Source of the DNA: the human T2T-CHM13v2.0 reference genome, Homo sapiens
Strand: one strand, 5' to 3'
NCBI RefSeq assembly: GCF_009914755.1
Contig: NC_060940.1
DNA length: 64,000 nt
Shown here: positions 58,965 through 64,000 of the stretch, in pieces
Layout of the letters: each line of letters begins with the position of its first letter
How positions within the stretch are numbered: position 1 is the first letter of the stretch
Program-made: the position numbers and the translations under genes
The notes under the pieces: model-generated
The model's database searches: none
What the model saw: only the letters and a program-made list of their open reading frames with translations
Told to the model about the DNA's origin: nothing

Positions 58965-59323
58965 CAGCCCGCTCGGCTCGCCGTCTCCCCCGGAGGCCGC
59001 GCCCTCCCGGAAAAGCCGGGTCCTCCAGACCCCGAGGCCTTGCTCTCAGAGCGGGAGGCCCCACCCACTGGAGAGCCCCGCCCCTAAGGTACTATGAGTC
59101 CTCAGGGGTCAAGTTCAGAAACGGCCCAGCCAGACCTAAACCCACACGCCCACAAAGTGGATTGCACACAGACAAGAACTCCCGTGCGGGCCTCCACTCT
59201 ATTCCCACCCTTGAGGGAGCCCCCTTACTGGGGGAGGGTCCTTGCAATTCCAGCGAATCGGAGGCCAGGCCAGGACGTCCTTGCTCCCTGCACCCTCACT
59301 GTTCTGTGCACTTTTTCTACCTA

Positions 59324-59329
59324 CATAAA
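59324..59329 (+). terminator. TGFB1I1: Candidate variant poly(A) signal CATAAA for TGFB1I1
   Basis: Only PAS-like hexamer noticed about 360 nt after the stop. Confidence 0.5.
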
Positions 59330-59639
59330 CACACGCATTCCACCTCTCCCTGGTGCTGTCTCTGAATGCGCGCAGGAGCTTGGCCCTGACTCCCCACCCC
59401 CGCGCTGGCTCTGTCCCCGGCCGTCTCTAGGTCACTGCCCTGTGGCCGCAGCGGGACCTGCAGCCTCAGCCCTTGCAGGTAGCCACTCCTGCACTTCCTA
59501 CTTCAAGTATCAGATGAGCCTGAGGCTGGAAAGTGTGGCGACTCGCGCAGGACTGTACAGATAGTGGCAGAGCCAGGACAAGAGCTCCAACTGGGGCCCC
59601 ACCGAATATTCCCGCCCTCATTACTCTTTCTTCAGTTCT

Positions 59640-63750
<4,111 letters not shown>

Positions 63751-64000
63751 GTCCTACTCTTGAGGAGACACTAGTTTGTTGGGAAGACAGACCTGGACCC
63801 AGGCAAGGGCCACACAGTGTGCTCAGAACTACATCAGAAATGTCAGAGAAGTCTTTCTTGAAGAGGCGACACAGGCTGGGTACTGAAAGCTGAGTAGGAG
63901 TTGGCCATTTGGGAGACAGGGAAGTGCTCTAAACAGAAGACACAGTTTGTGCAAGGATTTGGTGGGGATAAAATATCTGGTCAAAAAAAGCAAAAAGCAA

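Overview
Human (primate) genomic DNA, very Alu-rich with several CpG islands. The gene content identifies it as the 16p11.2 interval. It contains the last 7 coding exons of ITGAD (+, 4514-7528), complete COX6A2 (-, CDS 9172-9740), ZNF843 (-, CDS 17217-18263, promoter island ~23.4-24.7 kb), complete ARMC5 (+, CDS 40913-48277, 935 aa) and complete TGFB1I1/Hic-5 (+, CDS 53577-58964, 461 aa). All exon boundaries were read by hand and exon lengths join in frame. Most interesting structure not explained by the gene list: (1) a decayed 8-finger C2H2 zinc-finger gene (-, ~39370-39980) head-to-head with ARMC5, whose antisense strand supplies the ATG and splice donor of a 95-aa N-terminally extended ARMC5 isoform; (2) the ZNF843 ORF is mostly an out-of-frame read of a frameshifted zinc-finger array, with a KRAB-A-like fossil in its 5' exon; (3) a ~2.2-kb Alu-bounded inverted duplication flanking ARMC5, with a near-identical core suggesting gene conversion; (4) a tandem NRF1/E-box/GC-box cassette just past the COX6A2 poly(A) signal. 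Also noted: a GC-AG intron in ITGAD, an AluYb8, and template-switch hairpins inside Alus. Most ORF-track entries are Alu-derived or GC-rich shadow ORFs. Repeat family names and isoform sizes come from recall, not database searches.
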